From Mobula hypostoma (taxonomy: Eukaryota): a stretch of 64,000 nt of DNA. A program made the translations under genes and the position numbers. Shown here in pieces: positions 51,646 to 62,960 of this stretch (positions within the stretch are counted from its first letter, which is position 1; the number at the start of each line of letters is the position of its first letter). The notes under the pieces are model-generated. The model saw only the letters and a list, made by a program, of their open reading frames with translations, was not told where the DNA came from and did no database searches. Location of the stretch: NCBI RefSeq assembly GCF_963921235.1, contig NC_086098.1, positions 220,224,001 through 220,288,000 on the forward strand, given 5' to 3'.

Positions 51646-52351
51646 ATCATAATAGAATGGTGGTACAGACTCAATGGGCTGAATGGCCGAACTCTGCTCC
51701 TGTGTCTTATGGTCTTACGGTCTTGTTTCTTGTGGGAAACTGCTTGGAATGTTTTGCAATGTTTAAAAATGCTAAATAAATGCATTTTTTTTATTTAAGA
51801 CGATAAGCATTAAAAACAATTATCACCCACATTCCAGATTCAGCTGTGGACTCCTACAAATATCGGAGGTGGATTCCACTGATTAAGACATGGTTACAGA
51901 ATTATATTTGAAATTATTTATTCACCTCCCTGATTGAACATTGAATGAGATACAGTCATCCGTGGGAAATGAAGAAAATGTTGTTAACGCTGCTCTGAGA
52001 GAAACTGAGTCCATTTTGTCCCTTTCCGTTATCTCCGTGGTTTATGATTGATATCCATGTTTGCTTCACTGTGAAAGAGTAGAATTAGACTTTCATCTCC
52101 TCTCCTGAAATTCAAGTGAGCATGAGGTGCTGAATATAGCACTGGGTATTAAAGTCAGCTGTGGACTTTAAGCTACTAAGGCTAATTAAGAAAGCTAGCT
52201 GATACTTGTGTACAAAAATATTATGGTCTCTCTTCACTTCGTTCCCACTGTCAACGCTGTTCACCAACAGAGCTGACGTTAACACAGCTGCGAAGAAAAA
52301 TAACATATAATTACACAAAATTTGACTGATATTTCTGAGCAAATGCAGCAC

Positions 52352-52790
52352 TTTTTATTCATTCAAGAGTGTGGGGTTTGCAGGCTGAGTAAGCATTTAA
52401 TTGCCCACCCCTGGTTACCCTGCAGAAGTGGTGGTGAGATGCCTCCTGGAACTGCCCCAGTCCTCGATGTGTGGGTACCTCTACAGAGGGGAGAAGCAGA
52501 TGTTGACAGAGTGCTGACGAAGGGTCAGTGGGTATACATACACGCCAGGATGCTAAGTGGCTTGGAAGGCAGCTATCAGGAAGTGCTGTTCCCCTGCTTT
52601 TGCTGTCCTTATCCTCCTTGGGCTCGGAAGGTGCTTTGGTGACTTGCTGAGTGCATCCTGTTGATGGTACAAACTACAGCTACTGTGTGTCGGTGGTGAA
52701 GTGAATGAATGTTTGTGGGTGGGGTATCTGTCAATAAGCAAGATCATTTGGCCAATGAGTAAACAAAATTTCCACAATATTATGTACAGT
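52352..52790 (-). mobile_element. Old CR1/L2-group LINE 3' fragment
   Basis: Similar to 28230-28320 plus 30105-30205 (GGTGGTGAG...GAACTGC; TTGGAGGGCAACTTCCAG); TGAATGAATAAAA-type tail on minus strand. Confidence 0.5.
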
Positions 52791-52865
52791 AGTGTTTGTA
52801 GATGTGTTGCGTTTAACTAGAGCTGAGCGATCCCTCATCTATCTATCTTCCACCTCAGAGAATAC

Positions 52866-53140
52866 CTTAAGATACAGGAGCAGAATTAAGCCACTTGGCC
52901 CATCAAGTCTGCTATATCATTCCATCATGGCTGATTTATTATTCCTCTTCACCCCATTCTTCCTGTAACCTCTGATGCCCTGCTAATCAAGAACCTATCA
53001 ACCTCTGCTTTAAATATACCCAATGATTTGGCCTCCATAGCTGTTTGTGGCATTGAATTCCACAGATTCACCAACCTCTGGCTAAAGAAATTCCTCCTCT
53101 TCTCAGTTTGAAAAGGACATACTTCTATTCTGAGGCTGTG
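52866..53140 (-). mobile_element. CR1 LINE 3' end
   Basis: RRNFFSQRLVNLWNSMPQ on minus strand. Confidence 0.8.
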
Positions 53141-53452
53141 TGTGACCATGGGAATCAATATATTTCACTTATCAGATGGTCAGAGATTGGATATTGGTTA
53201 TGCTAGTTTCACATGTTCTTCCTGCATCTTAGAAACGCTAGCTTTTCGTTGCCTGGAACTTGCTGCTCCTCTCCCCCCACACTTACTTATTTTGGGAGAT
53301 CAAGCTTGCTGCCTTTGGTGTCCAATAGCCAGTCAGCAAGGCCTGTATCATCCTAGGGCTTTGTGTACCTAGTTCACATGGGTCACAGAGCAGCTGGGCA
53401 TACTTTTGACAGATGGTGAAGCCACACCCTTAGCTGTATTGTCAATGCTGGC

Positions 53453-53642
53453 AATACACACAAAATGCTGGGGGAACCCAGCAGGCCAGGCAGCATCTAT
53501 GGAAAAAAGCACAGTCGACATTTTGGAACAAAACCCTTCAGCGACTGTACTTGTTTCCATAGATGCTGCCTGGCCTGCTTAGTTCCTCCAGCACTTTGTG
53601 TATGTTGCTCAGATTTCCAGCTTCTGCAGATTTTCTCTTGTT
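53453..53642 (+). mobile_element. PLE-derived fold-back mini-element
   Basis: Inverted arm 53453-53542, sense arm from GACTG at 53543 with tail; TSD AATGCTGGC (53444-53452 and 53643-53651). Confidence 0.85.
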
Positions 53643-53920
53643 AATGCTGGCTAGCTATTGGAATGTTTTTCCATTGAGAAGTATCCTAAAATTGTTCATA
53701 AATAATTATAAAATTAAATTCTATTAACATTCTCTCTGAAATAAAATATCACCTTTAAGATTACTTAAGAGCTCTTAAAATTTCACAACAAACTCAAAAG
53801 ATTGGAAAGGATCAGAATCATATTTAATATCACTGACATATGTCGTGAAATTGGTTGTTTTATGGCAGCAGTACATTGCAGTACATAAAAAATACCATAA
53901 ATGACAATTAAAAATATAAC

Positions 53921-54200
53921 CACAGTGGCCAATTTATTGATACCTCCCATACCTAATAAAATGGTCACTGAGTGTATGTTCATGGTCTTCTGCTGCTGTA
54001 GCCCATCCACTTCAAGACCTGACGTGTTGTACATTCAGAGATGCTCTTCTGCACACCACCGTTAAAATGATTGTTATCTGAGTTACTGTCTCCTTCCCGT
54101 CAGCTTGAACCAGTTTGGCCATTCTCCTTTGACCTCTTTCACTAACAAGGTATTTACGCCCACAGAACTGCCGCTCACCGAATTTCTTTTTCGTTTTCCC
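53921..54200 (-). mobile_element. Tc1-derived non-autonomous fragment (TIR-TIR hairpin plus transposase N-terminal piece)
   Basis: CAGTGGCCAATTTATT...AATAAAATGGTCACTGAGTGTA hairpin at 53921-53976; minus strand encodes GRKYLVSERGQRRMAKLVQAD and SISECTTRQVLKWMGYSSRRP (Tc1-like DNA-binding region). Confidence 0.7.
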
Positions 54201-55409
54201 CAGCTTTTTCCTATCCTGTACAGGGGTCCCTCCATACCAGATAGTGAGGTAACCAGGTAGAATGCTCTCCATGGTACAATTGTAGAAATTGGAGAGTCTT
54301 CGATGATATACCAAATCTTCTCAAGCTCCTTCTTATATAGTATAATACTATAATGCAATTTCTATTCTTACCCTTATTTGCAGCAGATGCAAGATCTCCA
54401 CTGAAATGCTTGGAAGTGTAGATTTTGGGCAGGCCCAGTATGGTGAAGGATCTGAGGGCAGATTCCCCAGCAGATCTGGTTGCATTGATGGATCCTGTGT
54501 AGAACCTAGCAGCCAGAATATTTGGATCTGTCAACTAGTTCGAGATCGCTCTGATTGGGTTCATATCCACCAAAGTCCTGGACCTGCTTTCATTTACCAA
54601 AGTAATTATCAGTACTTTGCCATGGAACTGTTGTCATTCATTAGTATAATTATGTCCACAACGTTCATTGGGGTCCCACTGCTAAATATTGATATTATGA
54701 GTGATTATCAATTTGAATGTTCCAGAAATCTAACATACATCCTCCCTCCAAAATAAGAAGCAGAACATTTAGCATATGATTGATAAGAAATTGCATTTTG
54801 CTCATGGGGAGGAGACACAGGAGCCTGAAATGCCACACTCAATGATTCTTCTCCTCTGCCACTAGATTTCTGAATGGTCCATGAACGTGACCTCATCATA
54901 TTTCTGTGCTATTTATTTGTTTTGTAAGTATTTTTATGTCTTTCAACAGTACTGCAAACCACCAAATTCATGACATATAATTCAGCGATAATAAACCTAC
55001 TTCTGATGCTGATTCTGACATAATGGAATCTAACAGAATAAATATTACATTAATGTTATTGTTCCCACTTCATGCCCAAGACATTTAAACTTTAAGGCAG
55101 ATAAACAAATACACAACAGAAAAATGTATTGAAGAACATGTGGTTCCTATTTGAGTGAGAGCAAGGCTATTTTTTGTTTTGTTTACTACTAATTTCAGAA
55201 ATGCGTCCAATTCAAGTGCAGTCATAATAATTCTTAATCCAATGAAGTATTAAAAGTGACCCCATTTAGTTGTATTTTATGGAAAGATTAGTGAATAATA
55301 ATGCTTATCAAAGAACAGCAGAAGTTTTTACAAACTTGTCAACATTCTAAAGAAATAAACATCTTATTGAAGAAATTACATCACAACGCAGGCTGAAATA
55401 TAAATCAGT

Positions 55410-55827
55410 CAAAACACACAAGATGTTAGAGGAACTCAGCAGATTAGGCAGCATCTATGGGGATGAATCACCAGTTGATGTTTTCGGCTAAGACTCTGCT
55501 GCAGGACTAGAAAGGAAGGGGGAAGGAGACAGAATAAAAAGGTGGGGGGCAAGGTGAAGGAGGAATAGCTCGTCCTCTTTACTCTCCCCCACCTTCTTAT
55601 TCTGTCGGTCTTCTAGCTAGTTTTTCTTCCCCTCCTCCCCCTTTTCATTCTGCCCTCTTCCCCCTTTCCTTTCCAGTCCTGATGAAGGGTCGCAGTTCAT
55701 CCGACTGTTTATCAGAATAAACGTCGACTGTTCATTCATTTCTATAGATGCTGCCTGACTTGCTGTGTTCCTCCAGCATTTTGTGAATGTTGCTCTGGAT
55801 TTCCAGCATCTGCAGAAACTCTTATGT
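55410..55827 (+). mobile_element. PLE-derived fold-back element with long arms
   Basis: Inverted terminal repeat plus 3' UTR, then sense copy with tail; 12-bp TSD ATATAAATCAGT (55398-55409 and 55828-55839). Confidence 0.85.
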
Positions 55828-56454
55828 ATATAAATCAGTTATTTGCATGACTCCCAGGTTAACAGTGGGTTTTTCAGCGTGGTGAAATTGTAAATTACTG
55901 CTCGATCCAGGCTTTTACTGAATACACTATTGATCTGCAGCACGTGAAGTTTATCATTGATACTTTACCCAATGGTCTAAGAATGCACATTTGTTACTAA
56001 TTAAAATACCGTGAGTTATACTTTGAGCTAACTCTCTGTAGGATTCATATAATCACTTTGTTGTGTCTATAATGTAACACTCAAATGAAGCAGAGCTCTC
56101 AGCTTATAGTTATATTGGAGCCACGGATCCATGGATTGAAATCCCAGTATTCCTGCTGAATCGTGAGAGGTTGATGGGTTGATTTCCCCAGGCTCTCTCA
56201 TTGATCTTGGCAATAGACTAATGGCCCACTACACAAAAGGTTCAATCTTCCATTCAGTGAGTGTTCAGGCTGTTTCTCTGCTTAGAACCCCATTAGTGAG
56301 GCACAAGTTACTCCAATTGGACCTTTGACCATTTCTATGCTGGTGCAGAGTCCGCTGAGCCTCAATTCTCCACTTCTTGTTCTATCACACTTATGCAGTC
56401 ATTTGTTGTATGAAAAGAATACATCATTGAGCACATTTACAAGGAACATTTAAC

Positions 56455-56880
56455 GCAGGAAAGCAGCATCCATCTTCAGGGACTCCACCATCCAGGCCAC
56501 CTCACTACTACCATTGGGCAGGAGGTACAGGAGCCTTAAGTTCCACACCACCAGGTTCAGGAACAGTTATTGCCCTTCAAACACCAGGCTCCTGAAACAG
56601 AGTGGATAACTTCACTTACCTCCACACTGAACTGATTCCACTACTTACAGACTCACTTTCAAGGACTGTACAACTCACGTTCTCAGTCTTATTTATGTAC
56701 TTTTTGCACAATTTGTCTTCTTTTACATATTGGTTGTTTGTCAGTCTTTGTGTATACACTAACATAAAGTCCATGTATTTCTTCATTTTCCTGTAAACGC
56801 CTGCAAGAGTCTGAGTCTCATTATAGTTTATGGTGATTTATATGTACTCTTATAATAACTTTATTTTGACTTTGACTTTT
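56455..56880 (+). mobile_element. Rex1-type LINE 3' end
   Basis: GRRYRSL...FRNSY; 3' UTR closely similar to 4670-5000. Confidence 0.75.
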
Positions 56881-58877
56881 TGAGTATCTCTGAAACATTC
56901 TCAGAAATTGTATAACCGAATATCAGAAATGAAAGAAGGGAAAACACGCTGGAAACACTCAGCATCTTTGAAAGGAGGAATAGTTACTTTCAGGTAAAGC
57001 AGCTGCAGTTCCTTCGATTTTAATTGGACAGTAATTGCTTAGTCAGTCTCCAGGTACAGTCATACCAGAGAGCAGGCAGAACTCTGTAGAACTTTGCAAC
57101 CACTAAAGCTTCAGTAAACGTTTCAGCCATGCAATCTACAAATGGTAGTTTAAGCACACAAGGTAAAATTCTAGAGATCACTTGTGTAGTTTTTCATTGA
57201 TTCTGTTGATTCTCTTTGTTCTTCTGTGAATGCCTGCAAGAAAATGAATCTCATGGCAGTATACAGTGACATATCTGTACCTTGATGATAAATTTACTTT
57301 GAACTTTGAATTGGTGATTGCCTTACTTTCATACGAATGTACCCTGGAGAAATTATCCTCAAAACTTCTCAATCATGTGTTTAGCCACATCATTGCTTTT
57401 CTGCAGAAAACAATTCTTTAAAGGTATGACTTCACCTGCGAACAGCATGAGATCATGATGTAGGTTGTGGAATTAATACTGCCCTTGACATCAAGTAGAA
57501 CTCCCTTATCCAATTTTGACATTTTTGTACAGTAAGGACTTGACTGAACATATCTTGTGGGAGATGAGATGTCCATTAGTACAATCTGTTGTTAAACCGA
57601 GTTGCATAACTCCATCTGAAGCGCAATTTGAACCTGCAGCTTTCTGATTCACCGACTGTGCCAGTCACAAAGCCAAGCCCCACGGAGCTGTCTGTTCATG
57701 ACTCCTGCCCATCCCACCGCTGACAGCACACCGTCAGCCTTTAACACCTCATACAGGGATTAGATGACTCACAAAGTATCATTCCTTGTGGCATTACATT
57801 TTTACTACAGTTTATAAATTGTTGAATGTTAAAAGTTTATTGGCTCCAATATATAAGTAGAAAATTAAGTAATTTTACCACTGTTTGCTCTGCAAATGTG
57901 AATTAGCTGTAGTATCATGGAGGAAATCCAGTATTAGCTTCTGAGTCTCACACCTGCAGAGTTAAACCACTAGAGGAAGCAGCTTTTAGAGATTTGCCGC
58001 TCCGAACTCAGTACAGGCTTCTCCATGTGACATTTCCCATGTTCAGAACACACATTGTGGGCTGTGCTCTGATGTCCCACCTTCTAATCAGTGAAACATC
58101 AAGCCTCTGTAGCTCATCCTCACTCTAAGGCAACCTATAAAACATTCTGTTTTGCTGTATGATATTTCACTGGGCTCCTCTGAATATTTATTAGCCTCTA
58201 CACTTTCAAAAAAAATTGTGTGCAGATTGTTATTCCGGCAAATAAATATTACAAAATCTAATGGATTTTTAAAAATAATTTTAAGTTTAATTATTAACTT
58301 ACAATGTTTCAGTGTCTATTGTAGTTTCACAAGCATATTGCATTCTTTGTTTTGCTCTGGTTAGTTGGAAGTTTTTTCTTTTGGCTTTATTTGATTTACT
58401 CCCTATGTGAAACCAGCAGTGAATTGGCAGTTCAGTCTACAAACGTACAACTGCCAGGAATCGTGCAAGATTGAAGCCCTTCAGCACATAATGTCAGGAA
58501 CAATGAAATCCATACAACAGCCTTTACTATTTCTTTGTAGGTAGGTTCCTTTGAGGTTGGTGGCCAGTACTGTTAGTCCACCACTCATCGTAAGATCCAC
58601 CAAATATTTCACGGGGCCAGATGATCTCAGTCATTTTGGAGAGGCAGCGTATTTGGAATTGTCTGATTACTGTTGGGATCAAAGCATTTACACTGTTCCT
58701 CAGAAGATTAAGTAAACACAATTGAAGCTAGAGTCATTTAGATTATACAGCCTTGTGGAAGGAGAAATCCCCAGCAGAATCCTTTTTCCTCAGGTATATA
58801 AAAATATTTCTAATGTTTCTTGATTTTTTTACATGGATTTCTCACTTTCATATCGGAAAACAACCCTCGATATTAAA

Positions 58878-59009
58878 GCAACACACATAAAAATTGCTGG
58901 TGAATGTCGACTGCACCTCTTCCTAGAGATGCTGCCTGGCCTGCTGCGTTCACCAGCAACTTTTGTGTGTGTTGCTTGAATTTCCAGCATCTGCAGAATT
59001 CCTGTTGTT
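58878..59009 (+). mobile_element. PLE-derived fold-back mini-element (short inverted arm)
   Basis: ~27-nt inverted arm then GTCGACTG...tail; 13-bp TSD CCTCGATATTAAA (58865-58877 and 59010-59022). Confidence 0.88.
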
Positions 59010-59525
59010 CCTCGATATTAAACCTGTTTCTCCATGAAAAAGGTATTGCTGCTGTTGTTTCTTCAAAATGAGAATCTGTCAAAATGCCTCTTAGATAAAC
59101 CAAGGCTGACAATTCTAATCCATCCTAGACAGTTATTTTGACAGTTCTCTGGGACAAGAGGACTGGATGAGGGATATGGGGCAGAAAAAGCAGGGCCTAT
59201 ATTTGAAGGAGAGTGTAACACTCTGTTAAACATGATGAACCCCACTTCAAACATATTTAATAATAATTGTCTGTAGGCAATAACTGATGTCATATAAACT
59301 GACAGGGCTAGATGAAGCAATTGTGAGCCACAACCTATAAGTAATTTGGACCAATAAGGCCAAATGATAAAATCTCCACCCAATTCTTCATGCACTACAC
59401 ATTTTTGTAAGAAATTAATAATTTATCTCCCCGAGACTTTTTGCATAATTAAAATAAATAATATATATGTAAACAATCGCAATTGCAATGAACATTTACA
59501 TTAATGTAGGATTTTATATGAGGTA

Positions 59526-61181
59526 CAGTGCCTTAGAGAGTATTTATCCCCTCCTCTGAAGTTTTCATGTTTTATTGTGTTACAACATTGAATCACAGTG
59601 GATTTAATTTGGCTTTTTTGACACTGATCAACAGAAAAAGATTATTTGTGTCAAGATGAAAACATCTCTATAAAGTGATCTAAATTAATTACAAATATAA
59701 AACTCAAAATAATTGATTGCATAAGTATTCCCCACTTGTCTTTTCCAAACTGTTGAAGCTCTGTCAGATAATACGATAGACCAAATCATCACTGGTGCAG
59801 CCAATTGGTTTTGGAAGTCACATAATTAGTTAAATGGAGGTCACTGTGTGCAGTCAAGGTGTTTCAATTGATTATAATAAAAATACACCTGTATCTGGAA
59901 GGTCCAGCTGCTGGTGAGACAGTATCCTGGCAATAACTATACCATGAAGGCAAAAGAACGCTCCAAATAACTTCGCAAAAAAATTATTGAGAAGTACGAG
60001 TCAGGAGATGGATACAAGAAAATTTCCAAGTTATTGAATATCCCTTGAAGTATAGTTAAGTCAATCATCAAGAAATTGAAAGGATATGGCACAGCTGTAA
60101 ATCTGCCTAGAGCAGGCCATTCTCAAAAGTTGAGTGACTGCGCAAGAAGGGGACTAGTGAGAGAGGGCACCAAGACACCTATGACACCTCTGGAGGAGTT
60201 GCAAGCTTCAGTGGCTGAGACGGGTGAGACTGCACATAGAAAAACTGTTGCCTGTGTGCTTCACCAGACATAACTTTATGAGAGAGTGGCAAAGTGAAAT
60301 CCATTGTGGAAAAAAATTCACATGAAATTTCGGCTAGAGTTGCCAGAGGCATGTAGGAGACTCTGAAGGCAGCTGGTAAAATCGTCTGATGAAACCAAAA
60401 CTGAGCTTTTTGGCCATCAGACTAAACACTATGTTTGGCGTGAGTCAAACACCGTACATCATCAAAAACATACCATTCCTACCATGAAACATGGTGATGA
60501 CCGCATCATGCTGTGAGGATGCTTCAATGCACTGTCAATGCACTGGGCCCTGCAATGTTTGTGAAGGTAGAGGGTAAAATGATTGCAGCAAAATACAGGG
60601 AGATCCTGGAGGAAAACCTGATGGAGTCTGCAAGAGGATAACGACTTGGAAGAAGATTTGTTTTTCAGCAAGACAATGACCCCAAGCATAAAGCCAAAAC
60701 TACACAGGAATGGCTTAAAAACAGCAAAATTAATGTCCTGGGGTGGCTAAGTCAGAGCCCAGATCTCAATCCAATTGAGGATTTATGGCTGGATTGAAAA
60801 ATGCTGTTCACTCACTATCCCCATGCAATTTGACAGAGTTTCAGCAGTTTGGTAAAGACAAATGGGGAGTTATTGCAGTGTCCAAATGTGCAAGGCTGAT
60901 AGAGACCTATCCACACAGACTCAAGGCTGCAAGGCTGTAATTGCTGCCAAAGGTGTATCTTGTAAATACTAACTTGAAAGGGGAGTACACTTATGAAAAT
61001 AATTATTTTGTAATTAATTTAGATCATTTTGTAGAGATCATTTTTCACTTTGATACAAAAGAGTAATCTTTTTCAGTTGATCAGTGTCAAAAAAAGCTAA
61101 ATTAAATCCACTGTGATTCAATGTTATAAAACAATAAAACACAAATCCTCCAAGTGGGGTGAATACTTTTTATAGGCACTG
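59526..61181 (+). mobile_element. Tc1-family DNA transposon (Passport-like, IR/DR type), full length, inactive
   Basis: TA|CAGTG...CACTG|TA ends; ~200-bp imperfect inverted repeats (~59526-59735 and ~60980-61181) with inner repeats of the terminal motif; 1656 bp. Confidence 0.93.
59944..60972 (+). pseudogene. Tc1 DD34E transposase, multiple stops and frameshifts
   Basis: GYKKISK helix-turn-helix region, [14 protein letters not shown] and SPDLNPIE with 34 residues between D and E; ends KY*. Confidence 0.92.
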
Positions 61182-62006
61182 TATAATCCCAGCTACAAAG
61201 CAGCCTTTCGCTGAGGTTTCTAAAGGCATTTCATGATGTAAAAACTCTAAGGATCTCTGTACCTCTTGCAAATTGTTATAATAATGTCTCAAAAAAGTGA
61301 GTCAAAACACAGTAATCATTGTCATGACACCGGAAGTTAAAGGTATGTTTATGCATTCAAGTATGAATCATTTCAATAAATGATTTATTACACTGACTCC
61401 TTATTACATATTGCCATCCTTCCTGTTACTGAAGGGCAACTCATGAAAATTTCTTTGAAGATACAACCACACAATTGATTATTTCTATTGTACATATCTC
61501 CTTCAAACTACCTCTGCCTGAGCAGTAACTGCTAAATCTCTTTGGAGTCCATTGTGCACTTTCCTTCTTCCATTCTTTGTGTTTTCTCCTTTGCCCAGCT
61601 GCTGATTCTCCTGGTGTGGGCAGCCTCTCACCTGGGGCAACTGTTCAAACTCATATCCATGCTGAGGTCCTGCCAGCCTTAGAAACTTCCACTTAACAGC
61701 ATTATCAGGTGCTCAGGTCTTGATGCCAAGAAACCCCTAGACCCTTGTATCATTCTGCAGATCTCCAGATGAAATTATCCAAAAACCATTCCACTGTTTC
61801 ATGCAGTAGCCATACAGAACATCTCCTCTTTGCATTTCAGTACCTCCCCCAATCCCTGACCTCACTGAGAACCTACATCTTGCCCAACCTTTTACATAAC
61901 CTCAATGTCAGCTCCAATCTCATCCCCCTTCTCTGCGTCAATGTGACCAATCTTGAAAGATGGAGCAAGGACAAGGAGCCAATTCACTTATTCCTACTTC
62001 TAATTA

Positions 62007-62618
62007 CGAGGGGTGATTGATAAGTTCGTGGTCTAAGGTAGAAGGAGTCAATGTTAGAAAACCTAGCACGTTTACTTTTCAACATGGTCCCCTCCTACAT
62101 TCACACACTTAGTCCAGCGGTCATGGAACATATGGATCCCTTCTTTGTAGAAATGGTCCACAGCAGGGGTGACTGATAAATTCATGGCCTAAAGTAGAAG
62201 GAGATGAGTTATTAACTTCAAACTTTCTGTATTATCGCTCAGAGAGTTGAACTGCACGTGCATGTAACAAGAGCGTCTTGGACCACCAGGTGGTCCACAG
62301 CAGAGGTGATTGATAAGTTTGTGGCCCAAGGTAGAAGGAGATGAGTTATACAGCTCTCGTTACATGCATGTGCAGTTCAACTCTTTCAGTCAAAATGTAG
62401 AAAGTTTGAAGTTAATAACTCATCTCCTTCTACCTTAGGCCATGAACTTATCAATCACCCCTGCTGTGGACCACTTCTGGAGGTCCAAGACACCAACTGC
62501 TACAAAGAAGGGATCCGTATGCTCCACGACCGCTGGACTATGTGTAAATGTAGGAAAAATAAATGTGCTAGGTTTTCTAAAAATTACCTTACGCCACGAA
62601 CTTATCAATCACCCCTCG
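62007..62618. mobile_element. Palindromic mariner-derived MITE
   Basis: TA|CGAGGGGTGATTGATAAGTTCGTGG at left and its exact reverse complement at right (right TSD reads TG); both arms carry a mariner transposase C-terminus (FYKEGIHMFHDRWTKCVNVGGDHVEK* on minus, 62152-62072). Confidence 0.88.
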
Positions 62619-62629
62619 TGTAATGTTAT

Positions 62630-62960
62630 GTTCGGAATGAGGTTTAATATCACTGACGTAATTTGTTAATTTTATGGCAGCAGTACAGTAAATACATGAT
62701 AGATAAATAGAGAGAAAAAAATTGAATTACAGGATGAGTATATATGTCTATTACATAGTTAAATTAAAATAAGTAATGCTAAAAAACAAATAAATGAAGC
62801 AGTGAGGGAGTGTTCATGGGTTCAATGTCCATTTAGAAATCAGATGGTAAAGAGGAAGAAGCTGTTTCTGAATTGCTCAGTGTGTGCCTTCAGACTTCTG
62901 TACCTCCTACCTGATGATAACAGTGAGAAGAAGGCTGGTTGGTGGGGATCCTCAATGATC
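62630..62960 (-). mobile_element. Rex1-type LINE 3' end
   Basis: FSLLSSGRRYRSLKAHTEQFRNSFF on minus strand. Confidence 0.78.

Larger units (their letters stand above)
51290..51722 (+). mobile_element. CR1 LINE 3' end containing a PLE fragment
   Basis: NFFSQSVVKVWN; (TTATGGTC) tail. Confidence 0.78.

Noticed and set aside
58541-58715. ~56 open codons after a pyrimidine tract and AG
   Set aside because: No recognisable protein; length within chance expectation
62160-62470. CRISPR-like repeat-spacer array
   Set aside because: Repeats are mariner TIR copies in both orientations with related spacers; eukaryotic context, no cas genes
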